A stretch of DNA of 61,363 nucleotides, filler included, from Basidiobolus ranarum (taxonomy: Eukaryota): NCBI GenBank assembly GCA_040143965.1. It is 18 parts of 18 records of this genome, joined end to end, with 100 filler letters (N's around TTAATTAATTAA, not from the genome) between each part and the next. Parts side by side here need not be neighbours in the genome. Positions count along the whole stretch, not along the records: positions 1 to 3,327 come from JASJQH010009439.1; positions 3,428 to 6,752 come from JASJQH010009440.1; positions 6,853 to 10,176 come from JASJQH010009441.1; 15 more parts are not named here. One strand, written 5' to 3'. Positions 1 through 10,276 of the stretch are shown here, one piece after another. The notes under the pieces are model-generated. The model saw only the letters and a list, made by a program, of their open reading frames with translations. It had not been told where the DNA came from and searched no databases. Position numbers and translations under genes: made by a program. How positions within the stretch are numbered: the stretch's first letter is position 1; every line of letters begins with the position of its first letter.

Positions 1-237
1 GTAATGATATGAGCTTGGAGTGGAAATAAGTCAACCTGCCAGTGGGTTGCAATGCTGCAGAACTAAAGCAGCATGAGAGGATATTGAAGAAAAAGACCAC
101 CCATTACATAAAGGTGGTAGTTTAGGTATATCCTATGAGTATCAACTACTGATTCTGTAACTATGTCAAAGAAGAGCCACCAGTAAAGGATGGCAATTTT
201 GATTCTTTATAAGCTGTTTCTAAGCAATTTCATTACA
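1..237 (+). mobile_element. 3' part of an LTR-like repeat (family A), cut by the contig edge
   Basis: Ends ...CTAAGCAATTTCATTACA. Positions ~70-237 align with 35205-35398 (...CTAAGCAATTTCGCCACA). The 5' part of the same family begins TGTGGTAATT at 3195 and TGTAGTAACT at 34963. Confidence 0.6.
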
Positions 238-241
238 CAAT

Positions 242-3194
242 CCCTAACAAAATGAAAAACAATTTGATCCAGAGCAGATCCACCATTCTGGATTGCAAAA
301 CCATCCAAGACCAATCACAATATTGATGGCTTGCATTCTGCCAGGGATTTTGGTGGTGAGATGGTGGCTTCTTGATGGTATGTTGATGGTATTCATACAT
401 GATAAATATTGATCCTCATATTTGGAATGCATTATTGAATATCCAGCAATTTTCACAAAAATTTACTTTTCAAATAACAAATTACTTGGTTTCCTGCTGT
501 AGGAATTGGAATTAATATGCATGTCTTTATTTAGATATTTTAGGTTTTGTAATCCAGCCATAATGAGAGTCAACAAATACAAGAATCTTGTTGAATTTAG
601 TCTCTACATATGCACATGCTTGACTGAGCATGCATAACTCAGCAACAGCAATATGTTTTACCAGCAAACTAACAATGAAATATTGCTAAATATCCAAAAT
701 TGTGAATAGCACTGACACTTGGCAAATAGCTTACTCTTGTAACTGTTCACAATGAGAATAAGCTCTCAGATTTTAACAAATTCACATAAAGAGTTCAGTC
801 AAAATATCTCCAACTTGTGGTCCACAAATAGTCCGTCACCAGTAGATGTGACTGCTTGAATAGATGACCTCATGGCTAAAACAATATTGCTGCCTATCTT
901 GATCTATCTCTCCAAGGAGGCTGACTTACAGCTTTCCTAGAAACACCATCAGATAATTGCACCAACAAATTAGTCTGAATTATAGAGATACCTACTCTGT
1001 GTCCATGGATTGGATTTTGTTTCTGTTAATATGCTCAAACAAAGCAAAAACCCATGAGCACATTGAAAAGAGCAATTTGTTGGAAGGCTAGTATACCCTG
1101 GAGTCTCCTTAAACTATTGCATAATATCATCACTGATTTTGCTGATACATTATTATTCATATGAGCATATGGTAATACTGACAAGTTTAAGCAAAGCATC
1201 ATTTTACCACAGGTGCACTCTATTGGGAACTCCCAGAATATACAGCAAGGGCCTATTATCTCTAAGCATTGTATAAGATGCAGCAGGGAATGTATTGAAT
1301 ACTGGCACATATTCAGTCTATCTTCTCTAAACCTGTAATAAAGTTTATCATATCCAATCTCAAAATCTTTGCACAGTTGCTATATCTGCCTGAGATCTGC
1401 CAATGTGAGTTGATGCTGTCGGAATATATTATCAATATTCACAAATAACTCCCAATGTTGCTAATACTTATCAGGCAGAAATCCTTTCAAGATTCCACTT
1501 GAATATATAAAAATTCTATACTTCCAGTCTTTGTATTTGAATCAATTCCTAGATTCTGTTCATCTTCTCTGAATCTGTAATTAAGCTTTTCATAACCAAT
1601 TACACAACCTTTGCACAGTTGCTGTATCTACCTGAGATCTGCCCATTTGAGTTGATGCCTTAAGTATATAATAACAATATCAATGAACAACTGGCAATGT
1701 TGCCAGATCTTATCATGCAGAAATCTTTTCAACATTCCAATGAAGTATATACATGTCCAATACTTCCAGTTTTTGTATTTGAATAAATACCAAGATGAGT
1801 AGTTATTGATGGGAGTTCTGCTAAAATATCATGGTATTTTGATATAGTCAAGCATTTTCAAAATCAAGTCAAACTTTGATCCTATCTCAAATGGCTCATT
1901 CATATTAGATTTTCCACTCATTATCTGACTAAGTAGTATTGGAATGTTGTTGACTAGTAAGTGCCTAGTGCTTAAAAAGGAGCTCTGGCTCCAGGTGATC
2001 CCCTTTAGCATTATAATCTTAGGCTTATGGCTAATGCCAAGTTTGCTGTTAGACTGACTATTTGAAGAATTGATATTGGTGAGTGTGTTGAAATTGGACT
2101 GGGCTCTTGATGTTAAAATCATGGAGTATAGTGTTGTATTGGGATGGTAGTATTGAAAATGCTTGATCAAGTAAACTCCATTGATTTGACCAAATCTAAA
2201 GCAACATAGTGCATTATGCCTGTAAAATCCTCTAACTGATGGCAGGAGTGTCACCAATACGTGCTATAATGTTGGCTTTAATACGATATATCCCCATCTG
2301 AACCTTATAAGACAGCAGTTCATATTCTGCACTCAAAGGCTTCAAGAAGCTATCTATAAACACTGGCAATTTGAGTTCAGATATGCTGGATAGTACCAAA
2401 AGATTATGACTCTTATTCCATTCAGAAGGAGGAAGATTTTGGTGCTTATATTTTTTAGCTAGCAAGCCTTTCCAATGGTATAATTGTTTAGTGAGAAACC
2501 ATCCAGAGCCAATGCAAAGGTATGACAATATATGTTCTCAAAGAAACCTTGACTTTTCAGACTCTGGTAGTGATATTCATCAAGTTTATTGGTAATACCA
2601 TCAGCTTTGTAGTGAGTACTTCAGTATTGTATCAACAACCTATGATTGGGTGATTTCATCAAAACGTTATGACAAGGAATCAATGTTATATAAGCAAAAT
2701 ATGAACAACTTGTACCCAATTCAGTGATTGTAAGTTCAGTGCAAACATTACGTCACTTCAGGTTTTATAGATCACTGGCAAAGCCAAACAACTATTTGGA
2801 CATGAATGTAGTTTGATTATTCAAGGACTATAAGTCATACAAATGACAAGTGTTTTCCACTTGTCCCAGGTCTGTGGCAAGCAACAGTTGCAATCAATTA
2901 TGGTAAAAGTGTAAGAAAACCAATAAATATCAGGTTGCTAAGATTGGATTGAGCTCTCCACTCATCAATAATCAAAGCTGCTTCCTTTACTGTAAGTGTT
3001 ATGAGTTAACTAATGCTTGCCAATCATAAAGAGTCTGTAACAAAACAATTGTGTTCTTTTTTGTCTGCAGATATATTGCTATTAGTACTGGAATCACCAA
3101 GGTCAACATCAGGCAACATATCCCCAAAAATTGCCTGGACTTGCTGGTGTGACCAAAGTATACATTTCTGCCTACATCTTTCTGGTCATATTAC
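242..3194 (-). mobile_element. Degenerate EnSpm/CACTA (CMC superfamily) DNA transposon: transposase remnants plus one terminus
   Basis: Broken ORFs carry Tnp2/Transposase_21-like motifs: NLPP..., IDSFLKPL...IKANIIARIGDTPAIS, HNALC, and LCQYSIHSLLHL...IGPCCIFWEFPIE.TCG. The terminus CCCTAACAAAA is at 242. Many stops and frameshifts; CpG nearly absent. The internal boundary is approximate. Confidence 0.8.
1319..1797. repeat. Diverged ~240-bp tandem duplication inside the transposase relic
   Basis: 1321 TCTTCTCTAAACCTGTAATAAAG...TTTGCACAGTTGCT...TTGTATTTGAATCAATTCCTAGAT recurs from 1563 as TCTTCTCTGAATCTGTAATTAAG...TTGTATTTGAATAAATACCAAGAT. Confidence 0.8.
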
Positions 3195-3327
3195 TGTGGT
3201 AATTTCATGGTATCTTGACTTTTGGCAGTGTTACCATAACTGTGAGGCAAAGCACAGCCAGTGGACTTAATGGGCAAAACTTGAGTCAATTTTATTGGGA
3301 AAATATGTGCTGTTTGGAGGAGCTTTA
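3195..3327 (+). mobile_element. 5' part of an LTR-like repeat (family A), cut by the contig edge
   Basis: TGTGGTAATT...GACTTTTGGCAG...TGAGGCAAAGCACAGCCAGTGGACT matches 34963-35050. Confidence 0.6.
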
Positions 3328-3427
3328 NNNNNNNNNNNNNNNNNNNNNNNNNNNNNNNNNNNNNNNNNNNNTTAATTAATTAANNNNNNNNNNNNNNNNN
3401 NNNNNNNNNNNNNNNNNNNNNNNNNNN
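3328..3427. other. Artificial contig linker (first of 17)
   Basis: 44 N + TTAATTAATTAA (stops in all six frames) + 44 N. Identical linkers start at 3328, 6753, 10177, 13600, 17021, 20441, 23860, 27278, 30695, 34108, 37518, 40927, 44336, 47744, 51152, 54557 and 57961. Contig lengths never increase, running from 3327 to 3303. Confidence 0.98.
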
Positions 3428-3476
3428 TAGGTGCTCTCAAATAGGGCTACCCTAATACCCATCACATCAGTACGAT

Positions 3477-3584
3477 TCACCATTAGATACATCAAGACAC
3501 ACCACCACACTCACCATTAGATACATCACGACACACCACCACACTCACCATTAGATACATCACGACACACCACCACACTCACCA
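3477..3584. repeat. 34-bp minisatellite, 3 copies plus a partial
   Basis: TCACCATTAGATACATCA(A/C)GACACACCACCACAC starts at 3477, 3511 and 3545, with a partial at 3579. No spacers. Confidence 0.95.
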
Positions 3585-4643
3585 CTGGATCTCAATTGTT
3601 ACCTAGCTTTGTGACAAGTACGCGTTCAATTTCGTTTCATGTCTGAGATGAACTGAAATCGATGCCAGTTTGACATTAATTTAGTCACAAGTTACACAGA
3701 TATATAAGCATCCGGGCACGTGTTGAGGAGAAGTGATATTTGGGTGCGAACCTTGTGACTGGATTTATTAGGTAGTGAGTGCGAGCTTATCGAATGTCAG
3801 GTGGATCTGAATTTATTGAATGTCAAGTAAATACATTGCGTGGGAGCAACTGACTTAGGGTTAGGGCCTAAGCAATCTCCGAGGTTTGTTACCTAAGCTG
3901 TCGGAAATTACATAGCTGGGACTTGGCCCAAGGTAACATATTCGCTACGGATTGTTTGAATAGATGCAGGATTATTGACCGGAGATCATCCATTGTCATC
4001 TTGACTATTGCTGACGAAAGATAGTAGAGAATGATACCATTGTGTCCCATTCGCTACGATGCATATGTGTATGTTGGAAAGATTTAGAATATTCGTGAGG
4101 GTTGCTTACATGTTGTATGGCACTGGCCTAATTTTTAGGGTTAGTTATACAATGCATACAAGCTGATCACATCATTTGGAAATTTATTGTTAGTGCGATG
4201 AGTGCGAGAGACGATGAGTGCGAGAGACGATGAGATTGAGATGGCTAAATGTATGCTTTCAATTGCGGCATTTGGCTAAGCGCCCATCTGGTTGGTCAGA
4301 TACCTATCAAGGTCAGATGGGTCAAGTTTCAGGAGAGATATGGTGCTAGGCAGCAAGGGCTGTGATCTCATGAGGCCAGATCCACCTGACGCTCGCATTC
4401 TATAAATTCACAGGTAGCCCATTTGTTTCGCTACTAGCCTCCACTTTAGTTTCCTTTCCTCCTCTTTTATTGAAATTTTTGACATTAGAAGTCGCGATAA
4501 TGACTTACTAGACTGATCCCGTAAAAGCTACCTTTCCCTCCTCAAACCACAAGAAGTTATCTCTCCGTGATAATTCCTTCAACATTTTTTCAACCAATAT
4601 TCTTTCCTCACCAACAAACCATGAAGTATACAACACTCAACTT

Positions 4644-5444
4644 ATGCCCTCGGCGTTCTTACTACCTACACACCAACAGCAGCAACGACAACAACCATCT
4701 CCGTCTTCTTACGACGTTTCGTCACAGATAACTCCACCCAAACCATTAACGAGCTACTCAAATATTATGCCATCTGATCAGCAAAGAGCGAGATACGAGG
4801 TTGATACATATCCTCGCTTTAATAAAGCCGATGAATATGAAGACATGCTCTATCACTTACATGAGATCTCTCAAAAGAAACTCCTATCCATAACTGATTC
4901 GCGTATAGATCATGGAGTTCGCAAAGCAGTACTGATAAGCAACTTGTTTCGTACTCTACCGGCATCCGTTGAAGAGATGTACCCATTTGAATCGGTCAAC
5001 TCCAAACACGAATCGGTTCCCGGTATTGAATTAGAAGAACAATCTTGGTTTGACTCCTGCCTGGATGATTTAGACGATGATGAAGAAGAAGACTTTGATA
5101 ACTCAGATGAAGAGATGGAGTGGTCATGGGCATCCAGCAATTCGGTAGAAGAGTCATACATGGATTATGACAGTTCGTTATTGGAGACTCACTCGAATTC
5201 TCCTTATTGCCTTCCAGTTTCGAAAAATCTGCTCAGTACTCTGGATCCACATTCCAAGTACTTGCCCGTTGAGCCACAGATAACGCAAATTCAACTCTCA
5301 CCAACTCCAGAAGGACAAGGGTATCTTTCAAAGTACTTCTTTGGAGATAATTCCACATCCATCAACAACGCTACCCATGATCAGATAGGGAATACACGAA
5401 AGATCTCTTTAGGATGCTATGCCAATCATTTATTCTATTTATGA
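4644..5444 (+). CDS. SERTA-like domain protein (266 aa) with acidic region; putative transcriptional/cell-cycle co-regulator
   Basis: Intact ORF in CpG-retaining DNA with TATAAA at 4401. LHEISQKKL...DHGVRKAVLISNLFR resembles the SERTA pattern LxxxSxxKL...xPxLRxxVLIxNxxR. An acidic tract EEQSWFDSCLDDLDDDEEEDFD follows. Confidence 0.65.
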   Translation: MPSAFLLPTHQQQQRQQPSPSSYDVSSQITPPKPLTSYSNIMPSDQQRARYEVDTYPRFNKADEYEDMLYHLHEISQKKLLSITDSRIDHGVRKAVLISNLFRTLPASVEEMYPFESVNSKHESVPGIELEEQSWFDSCLDDLDDDEEEDFDNSDEEMEWSWASSNSVEESYMDYDSSLLETHSNSPYCLPVSKNLLSTLDPHSKYLPVEPQITQIQLSPTPEGQGYLSKYFFGDNSTSINNATHDQIGNTRKISLGCYANHLFYL

Positions 5445-6589
5445 AGCAAAGTCACATCCACTGATCATTTCCCCTCCAAAACTGTCTCTTCTACGTGTCA
5501 CTTTCTCAATTCAAATAGGTTCAACCATCTATTATACTTATCACTTATTCGGACATTTTCAGCTTACACTTTTTCTTTGTATTCATTTTTCTACTTTCTT
5601 TTTAATCTATCCATCTTAGATTTTAATTAACCTGCTGGGACTCTTTATCTTGCCTTCCCTTCTCCTCTCTTTCTTTTCTTTCACATCTAATTACAACCCT
5701 GAACCGATACATATCGATACACTGGGAGCTATCGAGTTAATAAATGATAAACGTGCATTTATGCATAGTATACTGTCTCATGATGTAACCATCCACACCT
5801 CCATTGCGCCAACACACCCGTTCCCGCACCCAGGATCGGATGATGGTTTTGGGCTGCAGAAATGTAAATATGTACATTGATATTTAAAGGTTAGGGTTAG
5901 GCCTAGGGATTGAGAGATCAGTTTGTTTGCCCCATATGGTCAGATGAATTCAATCCCACTTAACAAACTAATCAAGCAATCTGATTAAGAATCGAATAAA
6001 AGTAATGAATCAAAGTTTGGAACCTCATTTAATTGGTGAATTTCCAAATTCTCCTCAATTACATTACATCATGTTATCCAGTATATTTATCAGTAAATCT
6101 TGTGTTTATATAATAATTTTTTGATCTTATCTCTTCTATAGCCTCTAATAAATATTAATGTCAATGTCAGAATCCTGCACTGTCATAAGCTAACTATGAA
6201 ATGTTCAGTGGGACTATATCCAATTTCAGCAAGCATCAGAAGCAATCTGAAAAGGCTCAAATAATTGAAGTAATTGCAGTATCTCTACAAAGCTACATCT
6301 TTGCATGTTTAGCATGTATATTTATGCTTTAAGAACATTACTGTAGTTTCTTACCAAGATATTATTGTATTACTATGCTTTTAATGAAATTTATATTTAT
6401 ATCAAATTATTGATAGATGCATAGAGCTAGGAGTGTATTCTGAATAGATTTTAACAAATTTACATAGATCAGCACTGTAGAAGTGTTTATAAAAGCTATC
6501 ATAATAGATGAAGCAATAACAGTGGAAATATAATATACTTTTGATCATTTTTAGCATATATTAGAATATCTTGTAAGTAAGCATATGAT

Positions 6590-6752
6590 TGCTGAAGTGT
6601 TTGGGGAGCCTGTCACTTAATAATTTATTGAGTAGAAAGTTTGTTGAAATTAGCATTGCCTAAGCACCTATATAGTCATATATAGCTTAGTACTTAGTTA
6701 TCTTGTAATTCACTAAGATATTATCAATTATTCTCAATCGGAATTTACTTAG
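6590..6752. mobile_element. Two copia family-B LTR fragments in opposite orientations
   Basis: 6590-6641 matches the start of 13922-14269 with an internal deletion. From 6642, TGTTGAAATTAGCATTGCC... is the reverse complement of the other end of that LTR. Confidence 0.8.
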
Positions 6753-6857
6753 NNNNNNNNNNNNNNNNNNNNNNNNNNNNNNNNNNNNNNNNNNNNTTAA
6801 TTAATTAANNNNNNNNNNNNNNNNNNNNNNNNNNNNNNNNNNNNNNNNNNNNCTTAC

Positions 6858-7064
6858 GCCTCCATTTTGGTTATGCAGGATTTTAGCACAAGTACTTATC
6901 GCAGCTAATGGGCCTGTGCTCCATAGAGCTATAGACTGTGGCAGTTTTGCCGCGTGACGGAATCCCGAAGGAATAGGCTCAGTCATACCATAAGTAAAAA
7001 TACGATGGATAGCAGGGGTGTCGGATGGCTGGAAGGTACGTATTTTTAGATCGTAAGCGACCAT
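6858..7064 (-). CDS. NAT8/Camello-like GNAT N-acetyltransferase, first exon (3' truncated)
   Basis: KIRTFQPSDTPAIHRIFTYGMTEPIPSGFRHAAKLPQ followed by a hydrophobic stretch mirrors the NAT8-family N-terminus. The exon ends at a GTAAG donor (6857-6853) at the contig edge. Confidence 0.65.
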
Positions 7065-9379
7065 TATAACGAGAAAGACAAAAAGAGAGTGTGAGGATAT
7101 GTAATCAGTAAAGAAATTGCTTAAGAGTGAAGTGGCGTCCTTCTTAGTAGAAATATATTAAAGGAGTTCGGGAAGCACGAAAGTAATGGTATTAAGTAAC
7201 AAAGGCTTGAAAGCTAAGTAGAAGAGTAGCTACGTTATATAGCGTAGTGCACCCGAAGAAATTGAACAAGTTACAAATGCTTAGTCATAAAAATAGTAAT
7301 TAATGTTCCATATCTAACAAATCTTTTTCTGATGGGGCTGTGAGAATGACTTCCTTTTTGGATCGCAAATTATGTGAAAACCAATATTTCGAGGTCAATA
7401 GTTCTATTGGAGCTTCAAATTTTTTACAAAACAATATCACAAGACTTTGTAATCTCCGAACCCATGTACCCCGACACTTTGCCTAAATGTCATCAATTGT
7501 CATCTTCTATTTCTTTAGATCAAAGGAATCCGATTAGGCTATTCCGGCTCACTTTGAATGATCGGTGAGATTTGGTTGGGTAAGTGTGCCGAAAGCCATG
7601 TTGAGATCAGTTCTTAGCAGATCCACTTTCCTCATCCTGTTGATGCCGCAGTAGTGTCCCGATACGGTAGATCTCACCCTAAGATACAATTGGAAATTCG
7701 TGTTTCCGAATATAGCCCTTGATCTGATTGAATTCCCACAAATCCTCATGAAACGTAGGATCAGGATACAAAAAGAGGATGTTGCTTAGTTCCACCAAGT
7801 TGATGCTTTTTCCCACCAGCTTACTAATGTTAGCGGATGTATGCAATATTCAGATTAAGACTTAAATAATAATACGAATGCCGAGCGAAAGTTCGAAGAA
7901 ATGAAGTAAACTAGACCCAAGAGGTTGAATGGGTCCATTCAAAGATTTTTTGAGTAAAAAAGCATACTCTACAAGCAAATCACAGATATTGTCGAAGTGG
8001 TAGTTTTAGTTTAACACAATTAAAGCCCGGTTGCTTCATCCTTACCGCCCCGTTCTTTCGGCTGCAAATTGCCCGAGCTACGTCATCTGGGTGCCAAACT
8101 GGGGGATAATTCATGAAGGAATCAACCAAAGAAACCTACAAGCTGACCGCTTAGAACGAGTAAAATAGGATGAAAAATAGAATTCAACTCGAATAACACT
8201 TACATGGGTGAGTAAATGGAAACTTAGTCCACTGGCCAGATCTGTAGTTATCGGCAAGCATACCTGCAAAGTTAATATGCTTAAAGGTGAACTCATGGCC
8301 TACTAAGTTAGCATGAATGTAATTAGTTGTAATTCTAATTGGGAAAGTTGAGCACAACGATCTGAAATAGGAATATTTTAATGCGATCGCTATGATAATT
8401 GTTTAAACGACCAGGAGGAGGAGTAAGCCTACCCTAAAAAAAACGCTGCCATCGATAAGAGTTCCTAATCTTAGTGATATTATTGATTGAATATTAGGAT
8501 AAGGTGCATGTAATTTTGAAATCGAGCATTATATTTAGAAAGCAATTATTTCTAGGAATGTAGAGAGAATGGTTTAGATGGATTTGGATGAGTTTGCATA
8601 CAAATCAGAATTATTGAAAAAGGACAAATTATTCAAAGTGATAAGATTTTTACTTTTGGAATATCCAGTAAATAAGCGTTAACAAGCTAAACATATATAC
8701 AAATATTTAGGCGCGTAACTCCAATATTTCAACAAATATATGTCTCAATCAAACTTGTGATATATTAAGAAGCAATCAATCCTTTAGTAATATAGGTCCT
8801 TGCACAAAGTATTTGATATGAAATAAAGTGGAAAACATCAAAATTTGGTATCAATGTAGCATCTAAAGGAAAACCAAAATATGTAGAATTCCAAATAGTC
8901 ACTTCCAAGTTCAACTAGTTTTTAAGTTGTAAATATTTGGGATTGATTTAGGAATTTAGGACCATTGTAAAAGGTACACAATCTGCACTTTTTGCTTTAT
9001 AGGCTAATATATGAGGTGGTGAGGTTTATCCCAGTTAATTTCTAAGCGTCAGTATGGTTAATTGCTATCATACATGTTCTTGTACTATGAAAGACTAAAA
9101 ATTGACAGAGTATTTGTTACATTAATAACACTCGTGATCTTTCAACCGATACTGTTGATAGCCAAGGAGTTACCAGCGTTGCACTATGTGTAATTCTATA
9201 GGCACATACTGGGATACCTGTCTTTAGCCTTGATTTCCCCAAGAAAAGAAAACAATATCTTATGAGCATATTCTTCTTTCAACCTCACTAATATCTTACT
9301 AGTTGTCAACTAAAGGTAATTCATAGATAATTTTTATAAATATATATTTAAATAAATATCAAATAGAAGTGACAATCTT

Positions 9380-10174
9380 TCATGCTTCGAGGGTAATTCC
9401 CGGACCAGCGCTATTGATTCTTATTTTGTTGAATCTCTTTCTGTAATGATTGCCTTCATCAGCACTATTGTTTTCACCATTACCATGCTCACCGTCGTGG
9501 TCCTCACTACTGGGGCTGTCTCCCCCACTATATTCCTTATTGCTTCCTTCATCACCGCCACTTCCGCTTCCTCCATACTCTTCAGTGTTGTAATCTTCCT
9601 CAGTGCCTGCACCACCTCCATGGTAGTCATTATCATCCTCATTATGCCCACTAGAGCCGGAGCTAGAGTTATAGTCATCACCATCATCATTTCCTTCATG
9701 CGCACTTGATTTGCAACCACCACTAACAACGGAGCTGTCCCCATCATACTCATTCTCATCACTTCCATGACTGTAATCATCATCTCCGCTGCCACTACCA
9801 CCACTTTCTTTATGGTCATTTGAGCCAAAACTGTCACTAGCCTCACCGCCGTTGCCACCATTGCCACCATTGCCATAACCATTCTCATCACCACCATACT
9901 CCCCGGCATCATGGTCACCATCATTACTACCACCGTCATGTCCATGTGTAGATACATAGCTATCATCGCCACCATTACCATGGCCATCAACTTCATAATC
10001 ATCATCTTCACCCTGATCTCCAGAGCCATAATTATTATCATGTTCACCCCCACCACCGTTATTATCGACATCGTAGCTCTCGGAATTGCCACCACCAGCT
10101 CCAATATGTTGGTAGTCGGCTTTATTATCACCGGAGTGGCCTTTGCTATAATCTTCAATATCGTGACCCCCACC
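9380..10174 (-). CDS. C-terminal 264 aa of a Gly/Asp/Ser/Asn/His/Tyr-rich low-complexity acidic protein (5' truncated)
   Basis: I translated this frame by hand; it is absent from the ORF track. It is open from 10174 to TGA at 9382-9380: GGGHDIEDYSKGHSGDNKADYQ...GDQGEDDDYEVDGHGNGGDDSY...HYRKRFNKIRINSAGPGITLEA*. Confidence 0.85.
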   Translation of the reverse strand, partial: GGGHDIEDYSKGHSGDNKADYQHIGAGGGNSESYDVDNNGGGGEHDNNYGSGDQGEDDDYEVDGHGNGGDDSYVSTHGHDGGSNDGDHDAGEYGGDENGYGNGGNGGNGGEASDSFGSNDHKESGGSGSGDDDYSHGSDENEYDGDSSVVSGGCKSSAHEGNDDGDDYNSSSGSSGHNEDDNDYHGGGAGTEEDYNTEEYGGSGSGGDEGSNKEYSGGDSPSSEDHDGEHGNGENNSADEGNHYRKRFNKIRINSAGPGITLEA

Positions 10175-10276
10175 AGNNNNNNNNNNNNNNNNNNNNNNNN
10201 NNNNNNNNNNNNNNNNNNNNTTAATTAATTAANNNNNNNNNNNNNNNNNNNNNNNNNNNNNNNNNNNNNNNNNNNN

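Noticed and set aside
3372-3383. Recurring TTAATTAATTAA as a biological repeat at ~3.4-kb periodicity
   Set aside because: It is always centred in 44+44 Ns and is a six-frame-stop linker. The periodicity reflects contig sorting by length.
3477-3584. CRISPR-like array (34-bp repeats)
   Set aside because: The repeats are contiguous with no unique spacers, there are no cas genes, and the context is eukaryotic.
3856-3867. Telomere
   Set aside because: Only two TTAGGG units, internal to the contig.
9421-10173. 250-aa Met/Val-rich ORF in the track (and + strand ORFs 9446-9709, 9911-10228)
   Set aside because: These are shadow frames of the GAT/GGT/AAT-rich gene at 9380-10174, whose composition is far more protein-like.
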